Origin: Thermodesulfobacterium commune DSM 2178
GTDB lineage: Bacteria; Desulfobacterota; Thermodesulfobacteria; Thermodesulfobacteriales; Thermodesulfobacteriaceae
Reading direction: 5' to 3'
Assembly (NCBI RefSeq): GCF_000734015.1
Contig: NZ_CP008796.1
Location: forward strand, 450,001-482,000
Length of the DNA stretch: 32,000 bases
Shown: positions 16,870 to 25,291 of the stretch, piece after piece
Numbering within the stretch: position 1 is the stretch's first letter
Layout: each line of letters opens with the position of its first letter
Notes under the pieces: model-generated
What the model was told of the DNA's origin: nothing
Databases searched by the model: none
What the model saw: the letters and a program-made list of their open reading frames with translations, nothing else
Program-made: the position numbers and the translations under genes

Positions 16870-17892
16870 TTAATTATTGAAACTCTGGATTACTAAATAA
16901 CCATACACTAAATAACAAATCCCTGAAATTATAAAAAGATAAACAGGAATTTTTTTAAAAAGGTTTAAGAAGAGGACATAGATAAGCCCTAAGGATATGG
17001 CAATTATCGCTGAAGTCAAAGCTAATCCTTCTACTATCCAATCGGTGAAAAGAAGACCTACACTTACAGGAAAGGTTGACTGAAAAACCATAGCTCCGGT
17101 CATGTTTCCCAGAGCTAAAACGTCTCGCTCTCTTAAAGTCCAAATCAGGCTGTTAAACTTTTCAGGAAGTTCAGTAGCTAAGGGAGCTATTAAAAGGGCA
17201 AAAAGAAGAGGGTCTAACCCCCAAGAATGAGACAAAACCTCTAATTTTTCTACAAAAAGATGAGCACCTTTCACCATCAAGATAAGGGCTAAAACTACCT
17301 GAACTGACGAAAGAAACACCACGGTATTCTTGGTAGGGTTCTTAATCTTTAGTATTTTTTCTAAATATAGGTTTTCTTCTGACTCAACTTCCAAACTTTC
17401 TGCCCGAAAGGTAAAGAAAAGATAGATAAAATAGTTAATCAACAGTAATAAACCGATGATGTAATGCACAAAACGGGTGTTTTCAAAGAAAAAGGGAAAA
17501 AAGATAGCCAAGGAATAGCTAATTAGAAAGAAAGTAAAATCTCTTTTAAAAGTTTTAGGTTCAAGATACACCTGTAAAACCTTTCTTCTTTTTAAAAGAT
17601 AGCTCAAAAAAACCCCTATACCTACGAGAAACAATCCAGCAGTAACTAACATAAAAGGAGCTCCTAAAATCGCTCCTATGCCTATAGAAGAGCCTCCTTC
17701 TCCTTTGTACATCAGAATGGCTACTAAGGGAATAATGGTTTCTGGAAGAGCTGTCCCTACGGCTGCAAGTACACTGCCTACCACTGCTTGGGACAAAGAA
17801 AGGGCTTTGCCTAAATTTTCAACCCCGTTGGTAAATATTTCTGCACAAAACAATATGATTAAAAGTGCTAATACTAACAAAATTATGTCCAT
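16870..17892 (-). CDS. Sodium/calcium exchanger (CaCA, YrbG-like) membrane protein
   Basis: 340-aa polytopic protein with two alpha-repeat signatures, GTALPETIIPLVA and ATELPEKFNS. Confidence 0.8.
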   Translation of the reverse strand: MDIILLVLALLIILFCAEIFTNGVENLGKALSLSQAVVGSVLAAVGTALPETIIPLVAILMYKGEGGSSIGIGAILGAPFMLVTAGLFLVGIGVFLSYLLKRRKVLQVYLEPKTFKRDFTFFLISYSLAIFFPFFFENTRFVHYIIGLLLLINYFIYLFFTFRAESLEVESEENLYLEKILKIKNPTKNTVVFLSSVQVVLALILMVKGAHLFVEKLEVLSHSWGLDPLLFALLIAPLATELPEKFNSLIWTLRERDVLALGNMTGAMVFQSTFPVSVGLLFTDWIVEGLALTSAIIAISLGLIYVLFLNLFKKIPVYLFIISGICYLVYGYLVIQSFNN

Positions 17893-17907
17893 ATCGTAAG
17901 CCCCTCT

Positions 17908-18771
17908 CTATAAAAAAACTTGATCTACTATCAACATAGGTATTTCAATCCTTCTAACGACTTCTCTGGCAATAGAACCTAACCCTTTTTGAACCATTTT
18001 ACCTTTTTTTCCCATGATTAACAGGTCGATTGCCTGGTTTTTAACAAATTCTTCTATTTTTTCAAGCCTGTTACCTACTGTTACTTCAAACTTTATTTTT
18101 TGGACAAACTCCTGTTCATCACTAAATTTGGCTATAAGTTTGTTCCATAAAGTATATCTTTGCTCAAGTTCTTCTTTGATAGGGTCATTGTTTAACACAG
18201 TTTTTTTTAGAAAATCAGGCGGTTGTATTACGTTTAGGGAAGATATTTCTAAGACGTTTTTTTTGCTTAAAAGAGAAGCCATTTTTAAACAGGATTCGCT
18301 TGTTTCAGAAAAATCTATAAGACAACCTAATCTTTGGATCTTGGTAAGAGAGGTTTCTTTAACCACTAAGAAATTACAGTTAAGCCTTTCGATCATTTTC
18401 TCTGCGGTAGGGACTTTTAGAAAATGGGGGACATACCCTAAAACTACTACAAAGGGTTTGACCTGCTCGATAAAATTGGTAAGGGAATACCAAAAGTTAC
18501 CTAAAATGACTTTAGTCTGAAAAGTAAATCGTTTTTTGAATTTTTCGTCTAAATAGGAACTAACAAGTTCCTTTAAATCTTGGTCTAACTTTTGTTTTTC
18601 CTTTTCTAAATAAGGTTGAAGGTAGGCAGGAGGAGTTAGAAAGTATTCGATGGCATGAAAAAGTATGATGTTAGAAACCTCTGGCAAATGGTCAGCCAAG
18701 AAAAGGCCAGAGGTTATCACATTTGGGGTTAACTTTTTAAAGTCTATGGCTAAAGCTATGGTTAAACTCAT
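17908..18771 (-). CDS. Tandem universal stress protein (USP) domain protein
   Basis: The C-terminal DLLIMGKKGKMVQKGLGSIAREVVRRIEIPMLIV is the canonical USP ATP-binding tail, and the length fits two USP domains. I prefer the ATG at 18771 (MSLTIALAIDF) over 18840, which would overlap the upstream gene by 52 nt. Confidence 0.65.
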   Translation of the reverse strand: MSLTIALAIDFKKLTPNVITSGLFLADHLPEVSNIILFHAIEYFLTPPAYLQPYLEKEKQKLDQDLKELVSSYLDEKFKKRFTFQTKVILGNFWYSLTNFIEQVKPFVVVLGYVPHFLKVPTAEKMIERLNCNFLVVKETSLTKIQRLGCLIDFSETSESCLKMASLLSKKNVLEISSLNVIQPPDFLKKTVLNNDPIKEELEQRYTLWNKLIAKFSDEQEFVQKIKFEVTVGNRLEKIEEFVKNQAIDLLIMGKKGKMVQKGLGSIAREVVRRIEIPMLIVDQVFL

Positions 18772-18788
18772 GACTTTTGTCCTAAAAT

Positions 18789-19301
18789 TTATTTGTCTCT
18801 GTGCCAGTAAACTCTTACCAATTTGTCTCCTTTGGACCATTTAAATTCTAAATCTCCTTTATAGGCTCTGTAAAGAGCCCTTCCAAGTCTTTGAGCTAAA
18901 TGGTCGGTAGTGGTCTCGATAACTGTTACCCCGTCTTCATCTTTTATATTTATAATTTGATGTAACGGGTTAATGTTCCGAGCTCTTTCATATTCATTGT
19001 TTAATAGTTTCATGATGTCGCCTTTGTGAGATTCCCAAAAACCCCCTGAGATATAAAGATACCCCATAGCATACTGTTCTAAAGCTTTTTTACAGCCTGG
19101 ACATATAAGCTGCGGAACTGTATCGATTTCTTTCAGTTCCTCGTATAATTCCTCGTCTATAACCCAACGTTTATCTTTAAACACCGCTTTACATCTGGGA
19201 CAGATGGCCTCTCCTGCAGGAGCCTCTTTCATTGCGTAAGGGTCTTCAGTGGTCTCAAAAACATGCGTATGTTTGATCCATTTATCCCCTTTTTTACTCA
19301 T
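18789..19301 (-). CDS. Conserved zinc-ribbon protein of unknown function (NMD3-like / BCAM0308-like, from memory)
   Basis: 170 aa. Two CxxC pairs (CPRCKAVF...CPGCKKAL), and a C-terminal LAQRLGRALYRAYKGDLEF block. Strong RBS (GGAGGG) and a consensus promoter upstream. The family name is recalled, not verified. Confidence 0.5.
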   Translation of the reverse strand: MSKKGDKWIKHTHVFETTEDPYAMKEAPAGEAICPRCKAVFKDKRWVIDEELYEELKEIDTVPQLICPGCKKALEQYAMGYLYISGGFWESHKGDIMKLLNNEYERARNINPLHQIINIKDEDGVTVIETTTDHLAQRLGRALYRAYKGDLEFKWSKGDKLVRVYWHRDK

Positions 19302-19336
19302 ATACCCTCCTTTTTTGAAAAATTTTCCTTGTTAAA

Positions 19337-19365
19337 ATTATAAGTTCTCATAAAGCCTTTGTCAA
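19337..19365 (-). promoter_or_regulatory. Consensus sigma70 promoter for the zinc-ribbon/USP/CaCA/folC gene string
   Basis: On the minus strand, TTGACA (19365-19360), exactly 17 nt, TATAAT (19342-19337). This leaves about 30 nt of 5' UTR ending in AAGGAGGG before the ATG at 19301. Confidence 0.6.
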
Positions 19366-19844
19366 CAAAAGATTTTTTTCAGCAAACGACATTATCTAAA
19401 AACTATGAAAAATGGTAGTGTTTCATCAATTGTGTCTAAATTTTAGGAGTAAAGGCTCCCCTTCCTGGTAAAAATGATAAATTTAAATTCAAATTAAGAA
19501 GGAGGTTAGAAGGTTTATTTACACTACAAAGCAATTAAAGAGGCTAATGAAGTATATCTTAATGAGGGTTTAAGGTAATAGAGGTATTTTCAAGGGTGGA
19601 TTCAGTTTATAAGGTGGTATATTTAGTATTGCTCTGGATGTTGGAGGATATCTAATTTTAGAAAGGAGGTTTCTTACCCCACATTGATAGACACAATTAA
19701 TATAAACACTATTTTAATTTTGCACTTACAATTTAAAAAACAAAAACTATGATTGACTTTTAAACTTTATCTATTAAATTTACTGTTATGGCTTATCGAT
19801 GGCTCCCACCATCGAAAAATCATAAGCCGTTATGGGAGGGAAGA

Positions 19845-20276
19845 ATGGTTGATAAAATACAACTTGAAAACGGGTTAACATTAGAAATATGGGATTATTC
19901 AAGAAGACTGGCTGGGGATAGATGGTTGGTAGGGCTTTTAATCCAGGTAGGGGTTTGTCCTAAAAAAGAAGATTTTGCCAACGAAACTTATTATAACCTT
20001 TTTATGGAAAAAACCGACGGAAAGGTATACTACCGCTACAGAAAAGAAAGACATTTCGTACCTGAGGACCAAATTAATCAACTTTTTTCAACGATGAAAG
20101 AGGGATTTTTGACCGTAGCCCTTCCTTACCTTTCTCATCCAGAATTCAAAGAAAGGTTGATAAAACATGAGGTAGACCTTTTTCAGAAAAAGATGGATTG
20201 GGAAAGGTCAATACAGGAAAAAGACGCAGAAACAGAACGTTTAGAAGAGCTCTGGAAAGAAAAAAATATATATTAA
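19845..20276 (+). CDS. Hypothetical protein, no recognisable family
   Basis: The ORF is open from ATG 19788 (162 aa). The internal ATG at 19845 is preceded by GGGAGGG (19834-19840) at proper spacing, whereas 19788 has no SD. A coiled-coil-like acidic C-terminus is present. I report the SD-supported start; 19788 is the alternative. Confidence 0.5.
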   Translation: MVDKIQLENGLTLEIWDYSRRLAGDRWLVGLLIQVGVCPKKEDFANETYYNLFMEKTDGKVYYRYRKERHFVPEDQINQLFSTMKEGFLTVALPYLSHPEFKERLIKHEVDLFQKKMDWERSIQEKDAETERLEELWKEKNIY

Positions 20277-21151
20277 GGATTTTCTACTTTCTTCTCTTCT
20301 GTGTTAAAGTCTTTTTGAGGGGTTTCTTTTGAAGGAGATTGTTCGGGCTCGGGTGTTAAGGTAGGTCTACTAGGCGTGTCCTCAGGTTTTTCAGGTTGGT
20401 TGGGTGTAGGTTCTGGTTCGGTAATGTCTTCTGTTTCTTTTTCTACCTCTTGATATTCTTCTTTAATAATACCTCTTTTTTTCATGATAAAGTAGATCAA
20501 TCTACTTCTTTTTTCGACATATGGTTGATGCCCTAATGGGTTGTATTTTAAAGGATTAGGAAGTACAGCCGCCAACCTTGCTGCTTCCCAAGGAGTAAGA
20601 TATTTAGCACTTTTTCCGTAGTAATGTCTGGCTGCTGCTTCGACTCCAAAGATCCCCTCTCCCCATTCAGCCACATTTAGATACAGTTCTAAAATGCGTT
20701 TTTTAGATAAAGTGTTTTCAAGCCTTATGGTAAGGATGGCTTCTTGAATTTTTCTTATAGGATTTTTAGAGGGGCTTAAGTAAAGATTTTTAGCAAGCTG
20801 TTGCGAGATGGTACTTCCTCCATACTTAAGCTTTCCCTCTTTTAGGTTTTTCTCCAAGGCCTTTTTTATACCATCAAAATCAAAACCTTCATGTTTGTAA
20901 AATTTGTCATCTTCCGCGATTAACACAGCTTTGATCAAGTAAGGAGAAATACTGTTTAACGGAATCCAAATCTGTTTTATTTGAACCTTTTTTCCTTCTT
21001 TTTCCCATTGTTTCATCCGATATTTCATCATAGCGGTAAGCTTAGGGTTTTGGGTTTTTAGAGAAGACACATCAAGTAAAAGAGGATATCCTATCAGATA
21101 AAATAAAAAGACTGCAACAAATACAAAAAAGATAATTTTTAAGGTTTTCAT
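20273..21151 (-). CDS. mtgA: Monofunctional peptidoglycan glycosyltransferase (GT51) with Pro/Glu-rich C-terminal tail
   Basis: 292 aa. N-terminal TM helix, then the GT51 motifs IAEDDKFYKHEGFD, GGSTISQQLAKNLYL and RKI.E. The last ~60 aa are low-complexity (EPEPTPNQPEKPEDTPSRPTLTPEPEQSPSKETPQ). Confidence 0.85.
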   Translation of the reverse strand: MKTLKIIFFVFVAVFLFYLIGYPLLLDVSSLKTQNPKLTAMMKYRMKQWEKEGKKVQIKQIWIPLNSISPYLIKAVLIAEDDKFYKHEGFDFDGIKKALEKNLKEGKLKYGGSTISQQLAKNLYLSPSKNPIRKIQEAILTIRLENTLSKKRILELYLNVAEWGEGIFGVEAAARHYYGKSAKYLTPWEAARLAAVLPNPLKYNPLGHQPYVEKRSRLIYFIMKKRGIIKEEYQEVEKETEDITEPEPTPNQPEKPEDTPSRPTLTPEPEQSPSKETPQKDFNTEEKKVENP

Positions 21152-21201
21152 GGTTTTATAATTATATGATAAAATGGTAAAAAAACAAAAGGGAGGGCAA
21201 G

Positions 21202-22425
21202 ATGGGGTTGGTTGAAAAACTAATCAAAAAGGGAGATGCTAAAATCGTAAAAGTGGTACTTGACGGAGTAGGAGATTTGCCTGTAAAAGATGGGAAAACT
21301 CCTTTAGAGTTAGCTTATACACCTAATCTTGACCAGTTGGCTAAAAAATCAGCCACAGGCCTTCATATTCCTGTAGATTATGGGATTACTCCAGGTAGTG
21401 GTCCAGGACATCTTGGGATTTTTGGTTATGACCCCTCTCAAGTTACTATAGGAAGAGGTGTATTAGAAGCTTTAGGTGTAGGAATAGAATTAAAAGATAC
21501 AGATATAGCTGTTAGAGGTAATTTTGCTACGGTGGAGTATCAAAACCAAAATCCTATCGTAATAGATAGAAGGGCAGGGAGGATTCCTACTGAGGAGAAT
21601 CAAAGGTTAATTGCCAAACTTTCCGAAAAAATAAAAAACATAGATGGTGTTGAGGTAATTTTAAAATCAGGAATGGAACACCGGTTTGTGGTAGTTTTTA
21701 GGTTTCAAGAAAAGCTTTCAGATTTGGTAAATAAACTAAACGATACAGACCCTCAAGTTTTAGGAAAACCTCCTATCCCGGTTTCTTCTCCTTATCCAGA
21801 GCTTAAAAAAGTAGTAGAGGTTGTCTCTAAGTTTATCGATCAAGCCTCTGAAATCTTAAAAGATGAACCTAAGGCCAATTACGTCTTGCTGAGAGGTTTT
21901 TCTGTAAAGCCTGACCTTCCAACCTTACAACAAAGGTTTGGTATAAACCCATGTTGTATAGCAACCTATCCTATGTATAAAGGACTTGCAAGCCTTGTAG
22001 GTATGAAAGTAGTTCCTGTTAAAGGGACAGACCTGAAAGATGAAATCCAAGCTTTGAAAGAAGTTTGGGAAACTTACGACTACTTCTTTGTCCATATAAA
22101 AAAGACTGATTCTTACGGAGAAGATGGAAACGCTGAGGCAAAAATTAAAACTATAGAGTCTTTTGATCAATACCTTCTTGAAATTTTAGACTTAAATCCC
22201 CAAGTACTTTGTATCACAGGAGACCACTCTACTCCATGTATTATGAAAGCCCATTCCTGGCATCCTGTGCCTACCCTTGTTTGGTCTCCCTATGTCTTAG
22301 GGAATACCTCTGAAAGGTTTACAGAAAGAGAATGTCTGAAGGGAGAATTAGGCATATTTTATGCTTATAAACTGATGCCTCTGCTTTTGGCTCACGCTGG
22401 GCGGCTAAAAAAATTTGGGGCCTAA
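21202..22425 (+). CDS. apgM: Cofactor-independent phosphoglycerate mutase, archaeal type
   Basis: 407 aa. VLDGVGD, KTPLELAYTPNLDQLA, GSGPGHLGIFGYDP and ITGDHSTP are typical of ApgM. Confidence 0.9.
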   Translation: MGLVEKLIKKGDAKIVKVVLDGVGDLPVKDGKTPLELAYTPNLDQLAKKSATGLHIPVDYGITPGSGPGHLGIFGYDPSQVTIGRGVLEALGVGIELKDTDIAVRGNFATVEYQNQNPIVIDRRAGRIPTEENQRLIAKLSEKIKNIDGVEVILKSGMEHRFVVVFRFQEKLSDLVNKLNDTDPQVLGKPPIPVSSPYPELKKVVEVVSKFIDQASEILKDEPKANYVLLRGFSVKPDLPTLQQRFGINPCCIATYPMYKGLASLVGMKVVPVKGTDLKDEIQALKEVWETYDYFFVHIKKTDSYGEDGNAEAKIKTIESFDQYLLEILDLNPQVLCITGDHSTPCIMKAHSWHPVPTLVWSPYVLGNTSERFTERECLKGELGIFYAYKLMPLLLAHAGRLKKFGA

Positions 22426-22507
22426 TTATTAAAATGATATTGACAAAAGTAAAATCAGGGTTATATCTATCCATTGTAGTTACTAATTTAAAAAAAGGAG
22501 GTTTAAA

Positions 22508-23305
22508 ATGCTAAAAATTTTAAAAAATGTAATTTTAAGCACATCTATTGTAATGTTAAGTGCTACTTTTTCTTATGCTCATTTTGTGGTGCTAAAGCCC
22601 GATACAGAGAACGTGGTTGATAAGAAGAAGCCAGTTAGAGTTGAAGCCTTGTTTACCCATCCTATGGAAGGTGGGCCTCACATGGATTTTAAGATTAAAA
22701 AAAGTGAACTTTTTGAAGAAGGCAAAAGATACCCTGTGGAATGGAAGGTAGAGTATATACCTTCTTCTAAGGGAAGTAACAAAAAGGTTCCTAAATATGT
22801 AACTAACTTAAGTCTTAACAAACCAGGTCTATATCAGTTATACGTAGATCCAGAGCCTTATTTTGAACCAGCAGAAGGTAAATATATTCAACAAATCACC
22901 AAAGTAGTTTTTTCCGCTTTTGGAAAAGAAGAAGGATGGGATGAACCTATCGGCCTAAAAGTGGAGATAATTCCTCTGGTTAAACCTTTTGCCTTATGGG
23001 AGGGTAACTTGTTTAAAGGAAGGGTGTTGGTTGACGGAAAACCTGCAGCTAATGTAGAGGTTGAGGTGGAATATTTAAATACTCAAGGATTTAAAGCCCC
23101 TTATGACAGTTTGATTACCCAGGTAGTAAAGACCGACGAAAACGGTTATTTTGAGTATACACTGCCTTGGGAAGGATGGTGGGGTTTTTCCGCGATTACT
23201 GATGGAGGTACGATAAAAGGAGATGACGGAAAGGAGTATCCTTTAGAATTAGATGCGGTTATTTGGGTAAAGGCCTATCCTAAGCCTAAGAAAGGTGGTA
23301 AATAA
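22508..23305 (+). CDS. Secreted DUF4198-type protein, NikK-like accessory component of the ECF Ni/Co transporter
   Basis: 265 aa. The signal peptide ends in SYA, followed by HFVVLKPD. The beta-rich body includes a transthyretin-like segment ([19 protein letters not shown]...TDENGYFEY). Sits immediately upstream of cbiM/nikM (1-nt gap). Confidence 0.65.
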   Translation: MLKILKNVILSTSIVMLSATFSYAHFVVLKPDTENVVDKKKPVRVEALFTHPMEGGPHMDFKIKKSELFEEGKRYPVEWKVEYIPSSKGSNKKVPKYVTNLSLNKPGLYQLYVDPEPYFEPAEGKYIQQITKVVFSAFGKEEGWDEPIGLKVEIIPLVKPFALWEGNLFKGRVLVDGKPAANVEVEVEYLNTQGFKAPYDSLITQVVKTDENGYFEYTLPWEGWWGFSAITDGGTIKGDDGKEYPLELDAVIWVKAYPKPKKGGK

Positions 23306-23911
23306 ATGCATATTTCAGAGGGGGTTCTTTCCCCTCCTGTTTTGATAACAGGGTGGGGCTTAACGTTAATAGGTTTAACCATAGCCCTAAAAAAGCTTTC
23401 TCACAGAAAAATCTCAGAAGTAGCCGTGCTTTCAAGTGCCTTTTTTATCGCTTCTCTTATTCATGTGCCTATAGGGCCTTCAGCTGCACATTTAGTACTA
23501 AATGGAATGGTAGGGATACTCCTTGGCTGGAATTCCTTTGTAGCCATCTTTTTAGGTTTATTGCTTCAAGCCCTTTTTTTTCAATTTGGAGGTTTTACCA
23601 CCTTAGGTATAAATACCTTTAATATGGCTTTCCCTGGTGTGATCTCTTACTACCTTTTAAAAAGATTTATCAGAGGAGAAAACCAAAAACTATCTTTTAT
23701 CTCTGGGTTCTTAGCTGGCTTTCTAAGTATGTTAGGAGCAGGATTTTTTACAGCGCTCTCTCTTTATCTCACAGAAAAAAAGTTTTTGATACTCTGTGAA
23801 ACCCTTATCATAGCCCATATACCTATTGCCGTGGTAGAAGGTTTGGTAACAGGTTTTATTGTGGTATATCTGTTAAAAATAAAGCCAGAGGTGTTTAAAA
23901 ATGAGGGTTAA
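23306..23911 (+). CDS. cbiM: ECF transporter substrate-capture component CbiM/NikM
   Basis: 201 aa. The invariant N-terminus MHISEGVL (the Met1/His2 metal ligands in NikM/CbiM), with multiple TM helices. Confidence 0.9.
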   Translation: MHISEGVLSPPVLITGWGLTLIGLTIALKKLSHRKISEVAVLSSAFFIASLIHVPIGPSAAHLVLNGMVGILLGWNSFVAIFLGLLLQALFFQFGGFTTLGINTFNMAFPGVISYYLLKRFIRGENQKLSFISGFLAGFLSMLGAGFFTALSLYLTEKKFLILCETLIIAHIPIAVVEGLVTGFIVVYLLKIKPEVFKNEG

Positions 23912-24524
23912 AATTATTTTGGGATTACTTTTCTTTTGTGTGTTATTTTTGTATAGCTATGGTTTTGCCCACAAGGTGAACCTATTTGTTTTTAGAGAAG
24001 GTGAAAAAATTTCTGGAGAAGGATATTTTGCAAACGGTGCTCCATGTATGAAATGTGCCATAGAAGTTTATACCTTGAAAGGAAAAAAAATAGCTCAAAC
24101 CACAACCGACGAAAAGGGCAGGTTTGAAGTTAGGATAAAAGAAAAAGAACCTTTGTTGGTAAGGTTGATAGCAGGAGAAGGGCATTTAGCAGAGGAAAAA
24201 TTAGAAGGCTCTATAGAGGGAGCTTCAAATGATAAAACAAAAGAAAATATAACAAAAAAAGAGAGTTTTGATCTACAAAACAAAAAAGATGTAGAGAACA
24301 TAAAAATAAATAATTCAAAAAATGTAGAAATCGATAGAGAAATGTTAAAAGGGGTGGTTAAAGAGGTTCTATCTGAGGAGTTAGGTTCTTTTAAAGAAAA
24401 TTTTCTGGAGTTGAAAAAGGATTTAAACAGAGTTATGTTTCAGGACATCATCGGAGGGATAGGTTATATAATAGGGGTTTTAGGTTTGTTAGCCAAGTTA
24501 AAAGCCAGAAAAGAGAAGGCTTAG
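23901..24524 (+). CDS. NikL-like bitopic accessory protein (signal/TM, transthyretin-like domain, low-complexity linker, C-terminal TM)
   Basis: 207 aa. The N-terminal hydrophobic segment ends in GFA, followed by HKVNLFVF. TDEKGRFEVRI is a carboxypeptidase-regulatory-like motif, and IIGGIGYIIGVLGLLAKL is the C-terminal TM. Occupies the slot of CbiN/NikN between M and Q and overlaps cbiM by 11 nt. Confidence 0.5.
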   Translation: MRVKIILGLLFFCVLFLYSYGFAHKVNLFVFREGEKISGEGYFANGAPCMKCAIEVYTLKGKKIAQTTTDEKGRFEVRIKEKEPLLVRLIAGEGHLAEEKLEGSIEGASNDKTKENITKKESFDLQNKKDVENIKINNSKNVEIDREMLKGVVKEVLSEELGSFKENFLELKKDLNRVMFQDIIGGIGYIIGVLGLLAKLKARKEKA

Positions 24525-24531
24525 ATTAAAA

Positions 24532-25275
24532 ATGCATTTAGAGGTTTTTGCAGAAGGAAGGTCTCTTTTACATATCCTTGACCCAAGGGTTAAACTTGTA
24601 AGTTTTATAGTTTTTGTAATCTTTTGTGTAGGTGCTAAGGGCTTTCTACATCCCTTCGTTTATTTTCTTATTGGTTTTGGGCTTGTGTTTTTGGCAAAGC
24701 TTGAATTTAAAAAGGTATTAGCCCGTTTATTTCCGGCCAATGTTTTTTTGGTGTTCTTTTGGGTTTTTATTCCTTTTATGTATAAGTCAAACCCTTACCT
24801 TATAGAAACTCCTTATCTGAAGATTAGTGCTGAAGGGGTATATCAGGCTTTACTTATTACCTTAAAATGTAATGCTATCTTGATGGCTACTATTGCGTTA
24901 CTTGGCACTTCAAACGTTTTTATGTTGGCTCATGCCTTGCTTCATTTCAAGGTTCCTGCAAAACTTGTGACTGTATTTTTTGTTTTTTACCGATATATCA
25001 CCGTGCTGCACGAGGAGTATCTTAAAATCAAGAGGGCAGCATTAGCCAGAGGTTTTGTACCTAAAAACAGTCTTCAAACTTACAAAACCTATGGTTATCT
25101 GGTAGCTTTTCTTTTGATCAAAAGCTTTGAGAGGTCCGAAGAAGTTTACCGAGCGATGCTAGCTCGCGGATTTAAAGGTTTTTTTCCTATTTTAAACCAT
25201 TTTTATCTAAAACCTGTAGACCTGTTTTTTGGTATCTTTTTCTTAACGGCTATCTTTTTAATTTTCTTTTTTTAA
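24532..25275 (+). CDS. cbiQ: ECF transporter T component CbiQ/NikQ
   Basis: 247-aa membrane protein with two ARG motifs (AALARGF, AMLARGF), characteristic of EcfT/CbiQ. Confidence 0.85.
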   Translation: MHLEVFAEGRSLLHILDPRVKLVSFIVFVIFCVGAKGFLHPFVYFLIGFGLVFLAKLEFKKVLARLFPANVFLVFFWVFIPFMYKSNPYLIETPYLKISAEGVYQALLITLKCNAILMATIALLGTSNVFMLAHALLHFKVPAKLVTVFFVFYRYITVLHEEYLKIKRAALARGFVPKNSLQTYKTYGYLVAFLLIKSFERSEEVYRAMLARGFKGFFPILNHFYLKPVDLFFGIFFLTAIFLIFFF

Positions 25276-25291
25276 GTATAATACCTTCTCT

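Noticed and set aside
13751-18520. ORFs 13751-14053(+), 15133-15315(+), 15870-16127(+), 16955-17143(-), 17678-17899(+) and 18014-18520(+)
   Set aside because: Each lies fully within, and is antisense or out of frame to, a better-supported gene (ParB-like, Rho_N-like, folC, CaCA, USP). None has an RBS or a family signature.
22426-22507. Cobalamin riboswitch or NikR operator upstream of the ECF transporter operon
   Set aside because: The gap is only 82 nt, too short for a B12 riboswitch. A GTAGTTAC element resembles a NikR half-site recalled from the literature, but no inverted partner is present at a suitable distance.
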